Assembly (NCBI GenBank): GCA_039621445.1
Contig: CP154954.1
Coordinates: 10,063,521-10,127,520 of the forward strand
Reading direction: 5' to 3'
Origin: Euglena gracilis
Lineage: Eukaryota
Length of the DNA stretch: 64,000 nt
Below are positions 23,481 to 37,921 of the stretch, in pieces; the first letter of the stretch is position 1, and each line of letters begins with the position of its first letter. The position numbers were made by a program, and so were the translations under genes. Under the pieces are notes generated by a model, which was not told the origin of the DNA, made no database searches, and was given only the letters and a program-made list of their open reading frames with translations.

Positions 23481-26400
23481 TGCGTGCGCGCGTGTGTCTG
23501 CATGATATGCATGTGTGTACATGCATATCCGTCCAAGTGAATTTCATGAATTTTCCACTTGCTTCTTATGCAGCAAATGGTCCACTTGCGTCAAATTTAT
23601 TTTAGCTCTAAATGCCTTTCAACTAGCCATGTTGAAAATATGCATTTTTTGACTCCAATTTTTTAATTCCAATGCCAAAAATTGAAGATGACAGAGATGG
23701 TTCCAGATTTTCTGCTCTCCAGTTGAACACATATTTTTTTTGTCAGAACCTCTCCCCCCAACACAAATGGGGTGATTTTGGAGGGATTCAAAATATGAGG
23801 CAGGTGTCTGAAAATAATCAACGTGCACCGTGTGTTTCTCAGACGGTCGACATACCAACAACCACCCTCTGTGGTCTGCTGCCATTTCGGCACTTTGCCA
23901 TTTGCCATTTTCGCAATTGCCATGCCATCGGAGCTAACAGCGTCCATCTTTTTTTTCGATCTTTGCCAAGTCAGTGGTCTTCCGGCGTTTTTAATGCTGC
24001 AACCAGAGCACATTCTTTCTTCATTGGGGTACAATCAAAAAAATGAGCCAATTTGCTCGCCACTGCTTTTATGGGGGGGGGCTGGAAATGAAAGATTTTT
24101 GAATCAATGTCTGAACCAATGCAGTACATTATTTTTTGCTTTCTGCTTGTCCACGTGAGGGTTAATTGTCTCCACCCTTTGGGGCCTTGCAGCAATTGAT
24201 CAGCCTAATTTTGGATTTATTTATTGTGTTATGCATTTTGTTATGTTTTTCCAGTTGCCAAGTTTATCCCTTTTCTGCACTGAATCACTGCTTCCTTTGA
24301 AATCATACCTTCTGCTTGTGACTCTTGCAATAATAAATTATATAATACATGCAGATATATCATGCACAGAAACATGTGTACATGTGGAAATTGTAAAATA
24401 TTGTCCTGGAAACTGAATATTTTCATATTGCATTTGAAATTGAACATTGCAATATTCAACCCTGCATGCATGAAACATCAGAATTAGATCCCGGGCTTGC
24501 TTTTTTGGGTTGGCCACTGAAAGTCCCAATATATATACAGTATGGTTCATAATGATTCATACACCCCATGGTTCATAATCATCAAAAAAATGCTGGAGGC
24601 ATGACAGGATATGTATGTCAAGGCATTAATACGCATATACATGCCTCCAAATGGAGCAGGCAAAAGAGCGTCGTGTACAATATTCGGCACCACATGAAAA
24701 ATCTCAAAAAATTAAAAAGGGGGGGTGTATGAATCATTATGAAGCATACTGTATATATACATATGCGTATATAGTATAATATAATATAATGCATTATATA
24801 TGCATATATACATATATAATGCATTATTCATTTTTATTTTATTACAGGTCATATATTATTTTGGGGGGTAATTTCCATTTCTTTTTTGTTTTCTATTTTT
24901 TTTGCTGACGATTTGGCCGAGAAATGCTTTGCTAGCATAAGCAGGAAAAAGTTTACAAAAAACAGTATTTTTCACAACAAGCAATAAAAAGTTATTCTAA
25001 AAATGCCAACACATGAAAAATATCGAAAAAACCCCAAAATTTTAAAAAAATATCCCATTTTTGGGGGGTCTATGTTTTCGGATTTTCCCCTCGAGAATCT
25101 CGAGGGGGTCTTACTTCATCTATTTTTGGGGGTTTATTTGCCTATTTGTTGGATTTTAGCTCAAATCAGCAAAATGGTTGTATTTTTTTTGGTCACACGT
25201 ATGATTTTTGTTGTCCCCAACCTTTCACAATCAAATGGCTGTATTACTTTTGGGGCTGCCCCCACCCATTTCATCCACCCGGAGGGAATATGTGGCGCTG
25301 CGCCGCCCACCCTCCGTCACGCGCTACGCAGCTGGCACTCCCACGGCCAGGGCCGAACGGAACGATGGGCCGAAATGGTGGCAGGGGGGGGGGGGCTCAA
25401 CCAGGCTCCGGCCACCTCCACGTACACAGACAAGAAGGGCCAGAGGCGAACAACAGCGCCAGGCGAGAAGAAGGGATAAAAGGCACCAAAAAGAAGCCAC
25501 AGTGCACACAGGGGGGGGGCTCAACCACACACCCCACACACAGACAAAAAAGGACCAGAGGCCAAAAACAGCGCCACGCCAGAAGAAGGGATAAAAGGCA
25601 CCAAACAAACAGCCACAGTGCACACATGGGGTTCAACAACCCCCACCCCAACAGCAGAGATTTTCTCAAGCCAGAGGTGACCCAATCCCAGGGTTTTACC
25701 CAGCCAACACTTTTTTTTTCCGCTTGCAACTCCCAGCACGGCTGCGGAGCCCCTCCCCTTGGGGTCAAGCTGAGGCCAGCCTGCCAAAGCCAGCCCGGAC
25801 CGAAACTGTTTTGGCGCAAAGCGACAAAAATGTGGAAAACAGGGGTCAAAAATGGCCAAAAATGGCATTTTTGAGGGAGGTTTGGGTTTTCATCCCCAAA
25901 TTTCTGCTCCTTCCAACCCACCTGGATTCAGGCGGTTTGTCTGTTTTCGGGGCCAAGCCGGGTCCAGCTACCAGGTGGGTCACCTCTCCCTCTCTACCCC
26001 ATACGGGTGAGGGGTCCAGCCAGCACCTTTTTCCGGCCGGCCAGCGGGACCCCCTCGAACGGTTTTTAAGAAAACCCCTGGCGGGGGGGGGGGGGGAGGG
26101 GTCAACACTTCCCGACCGGCCTGTGCAGCCCTGCCCGCAGGCTGCTGCAGATGGCGCAGCAGCGGCTGTTCTGGCTGCAGGGGGTCAACGCCTCCGTGGA
26201 CGCTGAGCTGCGGGCGAGCGGCTTCGAGACCTTTGGTGTGGCTTTCTCCAGCCTGAACTCCAGCTGGAGACGAGGCCCAGGGAGTCCAGAGTCTTAGGCA
26301 GCAGGGTTCTTTGCGCAATTGCACAAAGAATGAAGAAACATTTTTTCCGCTTCATTTCTCATCTCAAAAAGTGAGATTGGCCCTCGTTTTTGCGTTTTTG

Positions 26401-29400
26401 GCTGGCAGCTAGTTTTTGTTAGTGACCCCAGGGAGGTGCCCCAAACCCCCCTTTTCTTTTTTTCTTCCCGGCTGGTGGCACGTTTTCAGCGGTCGGCAGA
26501 CGCGATGTTTTGCAGCCCGAAAATGACAAGCACGTGAATTGAACACAAAAAAGGGGCCGAGGAGAAGGTCCTGACCGCATTTTTTTCCCATGGTGCTGGT
26601 GGCCTCGGAGTGTGCCCTAACCTCCTGGCCCCCCATTTTTGTTTTTCCAATCATCTCAAACCCTGTGAAAGAGATTTTTGGATTTTTGGTCTCTTGAGCT
26701 GGTCCTCCTTCCCCTCACCACCCAACAGTCCCTGAAGTGAATTGCATGCACCTGGTCTGTCAGCCAAAGGTCACATGCATTTGCAGTAAAGGGAAATCAT
26801 TCTTATTGATGGCCGCAGATAATCTGCTTTTCAAGGAATTCCGTCAAAAAGGATCTGACCTTCAAAAAGCTGTTCCCAGCTGTGTGGGGGTGCGATTTGA
26901 GAGGTTTTTGTGTCGGTGGTTTGCTTAAATCGGTGAATGAAATGCTCAGGGAGCTGTATTCAGGCAAGAGAAGCGAAGAGGCCCTGATTTTTCATGTGCT
27001 CCGCTCCCCATGCTCCATCTTTCAGGCGGGTCGAATGTGAACATTGCCATGGCGGTGGAAAACCTCGTGCAGCCTCCCTTTTCAAACTCACTCTGGGATC
27101 TGTATTTGGCCCTAAAAGAGCTTTCCAAGACATTTTACCTTTCCCAAACCATGTTGCCGGGTTGCGTGCGTTATATTGTCTCGAAGTATTACACAAGATT
27201 GTCAATTCGATGGCCCCCAGGTTGTCGCTGGGGTTCATTCGTCCTGGCGTCTGTCTAAGACAGATTTGCCTCCTGCATCCCCCAATGGTGTTTTTTCCCC
27301 CCACAAAAAACCTGCACATAAATCGCATAAAGTCACCTGTGACCACAAAAATCAATTTCCTAGAGATCACACCAGTCTCAAAAAATTACATAAAAAATAA
27401 ATCATTTAAAATAATTTAGCTGATGTTTACACTAAACTTTGTACTCTGACTGATATAATTTTAACAGTTATGGCGTTTAGGTAAGTCACTTCCTGAAAGG
27501 CCCTGTGTGCTATTCCTCTTTCTTCTCAAACCCGAAGCACTGCACAGTCGGTGCCGCTTCACTGCTCTGCACTGTCACTGCTGCTGCACTTTGGCATTAC
27601 TCTCCCAATACTGCTGATGCGGAAAAATTAATACCAGTGCTACTGCCAACATTAGCACAAATACTTATTCAAATGCTAATCCCTCATACCTCATACCAAA
27701 CACATAATACCTAATACACAATACCAAACTCTTCATACCTCATACCTCATACCTCATACATTTAATGCCTAATTCCTAACACCTAACACCTAAAACCTAA
27801 AACCTAAAATCGTAGACAAAATTTTATTACCTAATGCCTGATACCTAATATCTAATACCAAATACCTGATACCTAATACCTAATACCTAATACTCAATTC
27901 CTAATACTTAATGTGGGGTGCCTGCTCGACCACCCCTCTCGGAGTCAAAGGCCGTTTTGAAGGGGCATCTGCAATTGGTTTACCCAATAAAGATCCCATC
28001 GCAGATGATCTTTTGTGGCAAATTTCACGTTCCAGTGTTTGGTGCTCTTTTTCTTGTCTTGTAGTTTTTTCCATCACAGCATTGTTAGACCTAGATATTG
28101 ATTCAGGAGAATTAATTTCAAATTTCTGACTATTTCACGTTGTTAGGGAGTAAATGGCAGATGAGGATGAAGCACGAAAAAGGCAAGCGTTTCAAAAAAA
28201 CAAGGGACAGAGCTGGTTTAGTATCAGCATTAGCATTAGTATTCGGCATTTGCATTAGCATGCATTTGCATTAGCATTGGCATTGGCATTGGCATTGGCA
28301 TTGGCATTGGCATTAGCATTAGCATTAGCATTAGCATTAGCATCAGTATAGTATTAAGAATTGGTATTAGCATAAAGATAACCCAATCAGCCTCTGGGGA
28401 TCAAAAATCAACCCTCTATTTGGGCGCAAATGAAATTGTTTCGCACGAAATCGGGTTCAAAAACCACCAAAATATCTTTGGTCTCGGTTCGTTGTGAAGT
28501 TTCGTTTAAGCTTTTTGCCCACTTTTTCCAGCTGCCAACCTTGATGGAACCACTCCCTTGAGCAACTGTGTTTGGAACTCCCCTCCAATCATCCTGCTGT
28601 TTCAGAAGGAAAGGAACGCTGCTGCCATGGAGCACGCCACGACAGAGCTGATTCTCATTTTGGAGGCTGCGCTGTTTTTCCGCCCAATTTATCACTTTTT
28701 TTTTTGCACTGAAGGACTGTATTTGACCAGTTCAGCAGTTCAATCATATGTTTTCGAAAGATCACATTTCTGTGAGTTGATTTACAATTGTGGAAGGCGG
28801 AGCAATCTTTTGTAAGATGATTTAACTTGAAGAAACGTGGCCTTGCCTTTTCCAATTTTTTTTTGTATTCATCTTCATTCATCTTCTTTCATCTGCACCT
28901 TCATTCATCTTTTTTTTTACTCTTGTCCTGCTTTAGTTTTTCTTCTCTGTTCCACACAAACTGACCCTACGTTTACTCTGCAAATGTTTTGATTTTTTGA
29001 GTCCGAGATGCTTCCACACATCATGAACAATGCAGAAGGTAGATCTGTCCATTGTTTTTTTGGCAGTTTCTCCTCCGTCAAGCTTGCCATTTGATCGGAT
29101 GTTTGCATCATTAAACATAAACATCATGATGGTGGAAATGGAGACCTGAAAAGGGAAGTGAACAAAAAAAAAACGGACCAACAGCGCCCCAGCGAAAGAC
29201 TGGGTGTTGGTGGAGTCAGCCTTGGAGGCTTTTGAGCAGCTGCAGACAGGAACCAGGGCCAAATGGAAAATGCACGTCCTGTGACGAGAGTTGTTTTCCT
29301 GTGGCGCTTTCGGCACCACTGGTCACAGAAACTGCATATTCATAGACCAAACAACAAGTCTCGGCGCTATGAATACATTTCTACACCAAAACACATTTTT

Positions 29401-32400
29401 TTTGTTTCACAATGTGCAGGATGTTTGAACTGTCTCACAACAGACCAAGAACCGTTTTTACAGTATCTTTAGTTACAAAGTGATTTTCGAGTCAATACCC
29501 GCAGAAATGTGTTCGTGGAATAACTCCCCCCCAAATAATAACCCCCCGCCCCCTATACTGACCCCCCCCCCCCAAGTAATAACCCCCCCTGAGTTCGGCC
29601 GCCCAAATAATAACCCCCCCCCTCCGGCAGGTGTGAATGCAAAGGAAAAGAGATTCAAAAACCAACAGAATGCTGAAAATTTTTGAAAGGTGCTATTTTT
29701 GTATTTTTTTCCGTGATTTTTGAGTGGGTCCCCCGGACCCCTGGGGGCCCCTCCAGGGGTGGTGGATGGGGGGACCCCCCCACCCCTCGGTCTTAAAAAA
29801 ACCTCTGGCAGGCCTTAGATTCAATTGGCACCTGTGTGACCCCTCCCCTCAGGGATGTGGTGGGTGGATTTTTGGGGCTGCTGGATCCCCCCAGGGGAAG
29901 CCCCCCCCCAGGTCACCAAGTTTAGAGTTCAAAAAAACTCTGAGCCTGAAGCGGTGGACAGCCCAGGGTGGTCCGACCCCCCCATTAGCCCCCATGCACA
30001 GTGGAGATTACTGTGCAATATCCTGCTCCTTGGTGCTTGGCCAGGAGAGCCAGCACTTGGCCAGAGTCACTTGAGCACTTGGCCAGAGTGACTTGGTGAC
30101 CCCTGGGGGGGGGGGGGCGAGTGGGTATCCTCGCGGTGGGGGCGTCCTATTTGCGGTGCGAAGCCACGACCCGAACTGGACAAAACCGAAATCCTCGAGG
30201 TCCAACATGGAGGTTTCGTCCCTCCGGACCTGGGCGGTTTGCCCGGCAACCCCGCCGCCGTGGCCGTGCGAACGCTATTGTTGTCGCTGACCCTGGGGCT
30301 GGGTGCCCCCCCCCCTATGCCCTGCAAAAAAAATTGCAAAAATGGATAAAATATAAAAGAAAGTATGCCATTAAAGCACCCATTTTTCAAAAAAGCCCCA
30401 AAATGCCAAAAAGTGACCACTGGAGCCTGTGGAGGGTTTTTTTGAGTCGATTTTTGACTTCCAAAAATCCCCCCCCCCAAATGATAAACCCCCCAAATAA
30501 TAAACTCCCCCTGGACCCCGACTTCGAGTGTCCAAATAATAAACCGGGGGGGGAGGTTTATTATTTTGGGAGGTTTACTCTGTGTGAAGCAATTTTTCTG
30601 CATGAGGCTGTGAAAATTGTCGTTGCTGTTTTTTTTTTGGTCGGATGTGATGTTCTTTTAATGTGATTTCATGCATGTTCCCCCCCCCAAGGTTCTGCAC
30701 TTTTTTTTTGCATTTTCGTGCTTTTGTTTGAATTTCCCCAGTTTTTACATTTTGCACCTTTTTTTTCTAAAGCATTCTCCACAACTCTTCACAACTCTTC
30801 CTTTCAACCCATTTCCCCCCTTTGAAGTATTTTGTGATTCCTTTTTTGAGTTTTGGTGCATTTCGCAGTTTTGTTTTCTTGGCCGACGTGTGGTCGTGAC
30901 CATGTTTGTGCCATGCGTTCTTCTTGTTTACCAGGCCAATCTCCCCCTTCCTATTTGCGTTGCACAGCACCAGACCTATCCCTAACCCCAGATAGGAGTG
31001 TCGGGAGCCTATCGACGAGTTTTTTTTTGTTGTTGTCGAGCGCCTGAAGGGTGGCTAGATGGTAGCGGATTCTCTGTCGGAGGTGCAAAAATTGCGCAAA
31101 AATGGGGAAGAAATGCCGTCAAATTTTGGGTCAAAACTCGACTTTCGCACAATTGGCAGTTGTTCGCGGCGTTTTTTCAGTCAGGCCAGTTCTAGCCTTG
31201 AGTTGGGACCCTCCATGTGGGGAGAAGTGGGGGCAGCACGGAGCCTTTTTCAGCCCAAATTTTCCCAGCCTCTGAGTTGGACCCCCTGGGAGGGTTCGCC
31301 AAGGGTGAAGCATCCCCCCCATGTGGTTAGTTTCCACCAGTTTGGTGGACAAGCAGCGGAGGGGGGGTCTGCACAATGCTGATGTGATTCTGGCGGTTCG
31401 GCCAACGGTCATACCTCCGTCCCTTCCGCCCTGGAGTTGGTCCAATTGTTGCAGTCAGGCAAAGCCAACTGGACGTTGCCCGGGTTCCACTCATTAAATG
31501 TGCAGTTGGGAATGGAAGCCAGAGGAAACTCGAGGTTGATGGTTGATGGTTTTTATTTGAAAGAGAATCCTCCATCATCCATCACCCAAAGCTATAATTA
31601 TCCTTTTTGTGTTTTGAAAATTTTATTTTCTATTAGGGATTTCTTGTTTAGTTTAGGAATCCTGATGTTTGTGAAAATTGGTGAATGATTTTGCATCAAA
31701 GGTCCCCACTGCCTCAACAATTTTGCTCAGCCATTGCAATTTAGAGATACTGCTCATTTATTCTGCATACCTTAGTGCAGTTTTTTTTTTTGACATTTTC
31801 GAATTCCAAGTCCCGCCCCAAGTGCCTCTGATACGATACCCCATTGAACCCTGTTGAACCCAATGAACTTTGGCTTCTTTCTGCCCGTTCGGTTGAATTG
31901 TGGAGTTCAAGTCGACAGGATTTTGTCTAAACTGTGATGCCAACGCCCACTGTCAACGTTGTCCGCTACCGGTCACACTACCAGTACGGTTACCCCATGT
32001 GGATGTTCTCCATCATCGGCGAGCGGAACGAGCAAACCTTCGCCAAGAAGTACCCTCAAATGATGCAGTATTTCTGCAACTGTTTCCACTGGTGTGGCCC
32101 GTGCACTGGGATGTGGTATACACATTTGCCACCTGCGTCATGATTATAGATGACTCATGTCTTCAAATATTAGTCCGAATGTATCAACTTCATTTATGTA
32201 AGTATTTATGCAAGGTTCTTACAACACATGACAAAAATTGATGGCATGATCGCCTCAACTGTTCAGCAAACACATTTCTCGGTTGCCAGTTGCCCTGTCC
32301 TGCATTGCGGAAAAACAAACATTCTTTCTTCTTGTGAACAAAGCAGATGTATGTTTTTTTTAGACACGATTGGTTTGAAGGTTGGGGAGGTTCCTTCCGA

Positions 32401-35400
32401 CTGTCCCTGCCACATGTTGCAGGTACACAATGGCGGAGATGCAGAAGAAGTATCCCAGGCCAGCCGCGTGCCAAATGAACTTCACCTTCGGGTGAACGAC
32501 CTGCCGTGTGTTTGAAAGTGCTCGCATTAGCCACAACTTTGCTTCTTTTTTTCTTGTTTTCTGTTTCCTTTTTTTATTTGATGCTTTTCCTTTCAAGTAC
32601 TCCTCTTCTATTGGCTCCCGCGGCTGGGCCCATATCTTCTCATTTTGCGGAGCCAATTCCACCGTGATTTGCGTTGATCAGGGACGCGATGCGGCACCGA
32701 AAATCCGCAGAAAGCGTGGGTACGCGCATGCCTTGAAGGAAGGCCTCAACCTCAACCTCGGGGTCTGCGCTCATGCCATTGCACAGATGGCACGAACTGG
32801 GTGAGGGGAATGGGGGTGGGGTGGGGGGATAGGAATGGGTACATTCTTTCCTAGAGGCGAGGGGTTGGGGTGGGGGTTATGTTTGGGATAGGGTTTGGAT
32901 CTCGTTGGCCAGCAAAGTTAGGAATGAGATCTGGGAGGGGGCAGGGAGGGCGTGGGGGTTGGGGTCCCGGGTTCGTGCTGTGTCTCTTCCATTGTTCCTC
33001 CAGTTGTTCCGCTCGGTGTTTACGCATATGTGCCTGGTTCAGGGTGACAGGGTGCTTGGCATTGTCTGGCAAATACCCCCAGCGAATGGTAAAGGGCCAC
33101 TCCTGGACCATCCCTGGCCCTGACTCTTCGCGGTGCAACTGGACCAACAACCCCACCCAGTGGCGATTGGACAACCCCTCGGATGAGGTTGGTCCCAAAC
33201 ATCAAACAGAGGAGATCATGTCCAAACTCACAACAGAACGTTTAAAATGTCCAACACTGTTTCTCCCGTTCATCCAGGATAATGCCTCTCAAAATGGGTG
33301 AGACACGTGTTCCCATCTTTCATCATGCTTCATTGGGCTGGAGGCATCCAAAGGTGGTGTGGTGCCCATGATTTTCATGATTACAATCTAAATCAAAATC
33401 ATAGGCATAATCATAATCACAATCAGAATCATAAGCATAATCAGAATCGTGATTGTAATCGGAATCACAATCATACTCAGAATGGTGATCGTAGTTTTTG
33501 ATCAAGCTGAACCAGTTTTTTTTTTAACTTTATAATGATTTCCACATTTTGGCTCGGAAATTCCCCCAGAGTCCAATGCCATAAAATCTATTCTGTATAT
33601 TTACCAATAATTTTGAAATTGTTGCAAAGTCGACAAAGCTAACGATTGCAGAATTGTCGACCCCGTCTGTATCGTGTAATCGTTTCCTTTCCACCAACCC
33701 CACATTCTTTCCGCACACGCCGGCCACTGGCCGCGCCCTCTTCAAAGCCGCGTTTTGGCGCCAGCATTTGTCCCCCATCGCGCACACCTGTGGCCCAGCC
33801 CAGGCCAACAGGTCTGCCGGTGTTGCTTGGTTTCTTGCTTGGAACCGGTATTTTTTTATTGGCAGACGATTCCAGTCAGGGATTTATTGGGTGACCGCCA
33901 GACCCCCTTTCCCCAAGGGAACCCCAAAGGGCGTTGTGGGTCCCCGGCCAGAGGTGGGGGGTTTCGGCCATTTTTCTTACGATGCGAAGCGACGCTTTGA
34001 CCCAAAACCCCAAAATTGACACCCAAAGGGTCTTAAAAGAATCCTTTTCCATCGTTCCCTCAGCTGAATTTGTAATTGTCTGCACTGCTGTGGACAGGAT
34101 TGGCCAGAGGATGACATTGGCTTTTTCAGCAAAGGCTGATGAGACTGGAGCTTTTTCAGCAGAGGCAAGGCTGGCTAGGGCATTCTGCTGAGCTTGATAT
34201 TATGTGCAGTTCCGTTTCCTGACAAACTGCAGGTGTTTCGAGGACACCCTGGATACCAAGCCAGAGACATGGAAGGCCAAGCATTTGACCGTCGCCTTCA
34301 CCGAAGGTGACTTTGTGGTCCTTCCAAGCTGTCGGAAATGGAATAAGGGAACGTGGTGCTGAAACCTTGTCATCCTTCTGATCCTTCTCCATTTCCCCCA
34401 CGAACAATTGGCATACACTTACAAATGATTCCTGGGGATAGGCATTGGTAAAAACTTGTTCTGAAAAATTGCTGGCGGAAAATTGAAATACTTCTGAAAT
34501 GGTCCGTACACATGTGGGAGGTTTTGTTGAAAATGGCAGTTAGAAGAATTTTGTTTATACCTCATGCTTTCATTTTGTGGCTGGTTACTCGTCGCGCAAA
34601 AATCAGCGGTTTGGGCGAAGTTCTCATTTTGGCTTAGAAGAACTGTGTGGTTTCCTTAAAGTTGACCAATAGTATTTGATAAGCTAACATCGTTAATTGC
34701 TATTACAGCATCATTGACATTTTTTTTCTTCTAAACCGTGCATACCCCATTGAAACCTTCTTTTGTTTTGTTGTTCTGCGGGTTTCATGATCATAAACAG
34801 AACCCTACACTTTTTTTTAAAAAAATTTGCCTGCAATTTATCCTCTTTCCACACCTTAATTTTATGTGCATTTACTCCACTGCCCAAATTGTCCCAACCA
34901 ATTTTATCTATGTCAATATGCATGTACATATGGCAACCATTGGTTATACGCCCCCCGCCCCAGGGGGGGGGTCGTATAACCAATCCAGGGGGGTCAATTT
35001 TTTTGGGTTATTGATGGAATTGGGTTAGGGTTAGGAGTTTGGCCTAATTTTCAGGCTAACGTGCACATCTAACACTAATGAATAAGTTAGGCCCTTAATA
35101 ATCTAATAAACTCAACAAAGAAGACAATGTGTGTGTGCATATGTATGTACATGGATGTACATGTATGCATACATGTATATATGCACATACAGATATACAT
35201 GTACATGTGTATGATACATGCATTACACATATATGCATGTACGGTATGTAGGGGGGGTCATATAGCCAATCCAGGGGGTTATTGATGGAATATGGTTTGG
35301 TATATTTTTTTCGTTTTTTTTTTTGCCTCAATCCCCTCACATCTTTTGCTGGTGAAATTTCAGTAAATTTTCATATTTCCAAGGTCATTACCCACGACTT

Positions 35401-35757
35401 TGGTCGTTGAACATGGTCGCTTCACCCATGAATCATGGGTGAAGCGCCGGTGTTGCAATTTCACAGTGCACGGAACCAGTGGGTTGCAAGTTTGCATTCT
35501 GTTATCTTTGCTTTGTTTCTCTTAGCCGACCGCTGTCCCCTCCGTGCCCCCTCTGCGCAGGTTTATTCAAACACGTGGACATCCAAAAGTACGGCAACAA
35601 GTCTCAGACCGACCACGTGTACCACGGCCGCCGAGGGGTCCAGGGCGTCGCTGAAGCTGCATACCCCCCTCCCCCCCCGAGGCGGGGGGGCCAGCCAGCC
35701 GCAGCCCTTTTCCACCCAGCCGCCTTTTCCATTCAGCCCAAGTTCTCCCAGCTCTGA
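22476..35757 (+). CDS. Putative type II membrane glycosyltransferase (GT-A/GT2-like); exons include 22476-22488(?), 23250-~23448, ~25238-25258, 25301-25344, 26139-26235, 27026-27066, 28627-~28664, ~29194-29250, 31439-31466, 31955-32091, 32423-32457, 32632-32675, 33122-33154, 33735-33811, 34233-34306, 35561-~35646 and a final piece ending 35757
   Basis: Signal anchor AAVLLLALFLLSLLLF. Spliced core reads TLRHALRSWHSHRLLQ...NVNIAMAVENLMEHATTELILILEKDWVLVE...GKANVVRYRS...CNCFHW...NWTNNPALFK...EGLFKHVD. ILEKD is a DxD-like strand end. The gene is well supported; the function is inferred, and 23450-25240 is unresolved. Confidence 0.7.
27690..27910. repeat. Degenerate heptamer array (CCTAATA/CCTCATA/CCTAAAA)n, intronic
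   Basis: Seen directly. Confidence 0.8.
28220..28372. repeat. (GCATTR)n hexamer microsatellite, intronic
   Basis: Seen directly. Confidence 0.9.
32458..32631 (+). other. Nonconventional intron
   Basis: GGC-CAGCCGCG ... CGCGGCTG-GGCCC. Join KYP|NIFS. Confidence 0.88.
33155..33734 (+). other. Nonconventional intron
   Basis: ACC-CAGTGGC ... GCCACTG-GCCGC. Join WTNNP|ALFK. Contains a degenerate (AATCAY)n array at ~33375-33490. Confidence 0.88.
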
Positions 35758-36383
35758 GCTGACCATGCTGAAAGCGCAGAGCCGGGTCGTTCCGCGACAC
35801 CCTGGAGGGGACAGAAAAGACGCAAAGCCTCACAGACGGTAACCCCCCGTCTTTTCCCTCCATTGTGGGTCTGCTTTGTGCAGTGCTGTTGATGCTTGTT
35901 GCCGCAGGAAGGTTCCGTATGGTTCTGGATGTTTGTGTTGCGCTTTGCCTCATTCCGTGGAGCTCTGTGAGATTATCTGCTCCCCCCAAACCTGCCCCTT
36001 CTCTTTACGAAAAACAGCCTGGCCTACCACGAAACCTCCCGCGAGGTCACGCCTCCTAACCGAAACTTTCACACCGTCTTCTCGGACGTGGCCCCACGCC
36101 GCCATCCGGTTGCCTTGCTTTCCTGTTCCGCGGTGCTCACTGCGGGCTGTCACACAGGAAGTGTGGCTTGCGTCCACCAGATCCCATTTGATGATCAGCC
36201 CACCCACCAGTGCGCATCACGTCTTTTGGCACCTCTTTTTCTTCACATTTCCTTTCCACTCTTGTGGTGTTTTGAATTTGAGGGCTGTGGCAACCCCCCC
36301 ATGACTTGGTTCCACCCTTGCCTTTGGCAGTGGCTGGGCATATTTCCAGTAAAAGCGCCGAGACAGTGGCGATCACGACAGCA

Positions 36384-37921
36384 GCCACCACCACCACCAC
36401 CACCACCACCACCACCACCACCACCACCACCACCACCACCACCACCACCACCACCACCACCACCACCACCACCACCACCACCACCACCACCACCACCACC
36501 ACCACCACCACCACCACTTCCTCTCCAACCACGAACATCACCGTCCCCCACCACCACCACCACCACCACCACCACCACCACCACCACCACCACCACCACC
36601 ACCACCACTTCCCACCACCTCCACCACCACCACCACCACACCACTACCACCCACCACCACCACCACCACCACCACCACCACCACCACCACCACCACCACC
36701 ACCACCACCACCACCACCACCACCACCACCACCACCACCACCACCACCACCACCACCACCACCACCACCACCACCACCACCACCACCACCACCACCACCA
36801 CCACCAACCACCACCACCACCACCACCACCACCACCACCCCCCCACCACCACCACCACCACCACCCACCACCACCACCACCACCACACCACCACACCACC
36901 ACCACCACCACCACCACCACCACCACCACCACCACCACCACCACCACCCACCACCCCCACCACCACCACCACCACCACCACCACCACCACCACCACCACC
37001 ACCACCACCACCACCACCACCACCACCACCACCACCACCACCACCACCACCACCACCACCACCACCACCACCACCACCACCACCACCACCACCACCACCA
37101 CCACCACCACCACCACCACCACCACCCCCACCCCCACCCCCCCCCCCCCCACCCCCACCACCACCACCACCACCACCACCACCACCACCACCACCACCAC
37201 CACCACAACAGAACCACCACCACCACCACCACCACCACCACCACCACCACCACAACCACCACCACCACCACCACCTCACCCCCACCACCACCACCACCAC
37301 CACTACCACCACCACCACCACCACCACCACCACCACCACCACCACCACCACCACCACCACCACCACCACCACCACCCCCACCACCACCACCACCACCACC
37401 ACCACCACCACCACCACCACCACCACCACCACCCACCACCACCACCAACCACCACCCCCACCACCACCCCCACCACCACCACCACCACCACCACCACCAC
37501 CACCACCACCACCACCACCACCACCAACCACCACCACCACCACCCACCACCACCACCACCAACCACCACCAACACCACCACCACCCACCACCACCACCAC
37601 CCACCACCACCACCACCACCACCACCAACACCACCAACCACCCCCACCACCACCACCACCACCACCACCACCACCACCACCACCACCACCACCACCACCA
37701 CCACCACCACCACCACCACCACCACCACCACCAGCACACACCACACCACCCACCACCACCACCACCACCACCACCACCACCACCACCACCACCACCACCA
37801 CCACCACCACCACCACCACCACGACCACCACCACCACGACCACCACCACCACCACCACCCCACCACCACCACCACCACCACCACCACCACCACCACCACC
37901 ACCACCACCAACACCCCCACC
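36384..37921. repeat. (CCA)n microsatellite, left flank of the retrotransposon
   Basis: About 1.5 kb of CCA with scattered indels. Confidence 0.98.

Noticed and set aside
27690-27910. Telomere or interstitial telomeric repeat
   Set aside because: Units are degenerate CCTAATA-type heptamers inside an intron, not (CCCTAA)n.
32676-33121. Apparent exons DQGRDAAPKIRRK... and RVTGCLALSGKYP...
   Set aside because: They lie within an intron with CAG/CTG paired ends whose removal gives the in-frame join VICV|DSSRC.
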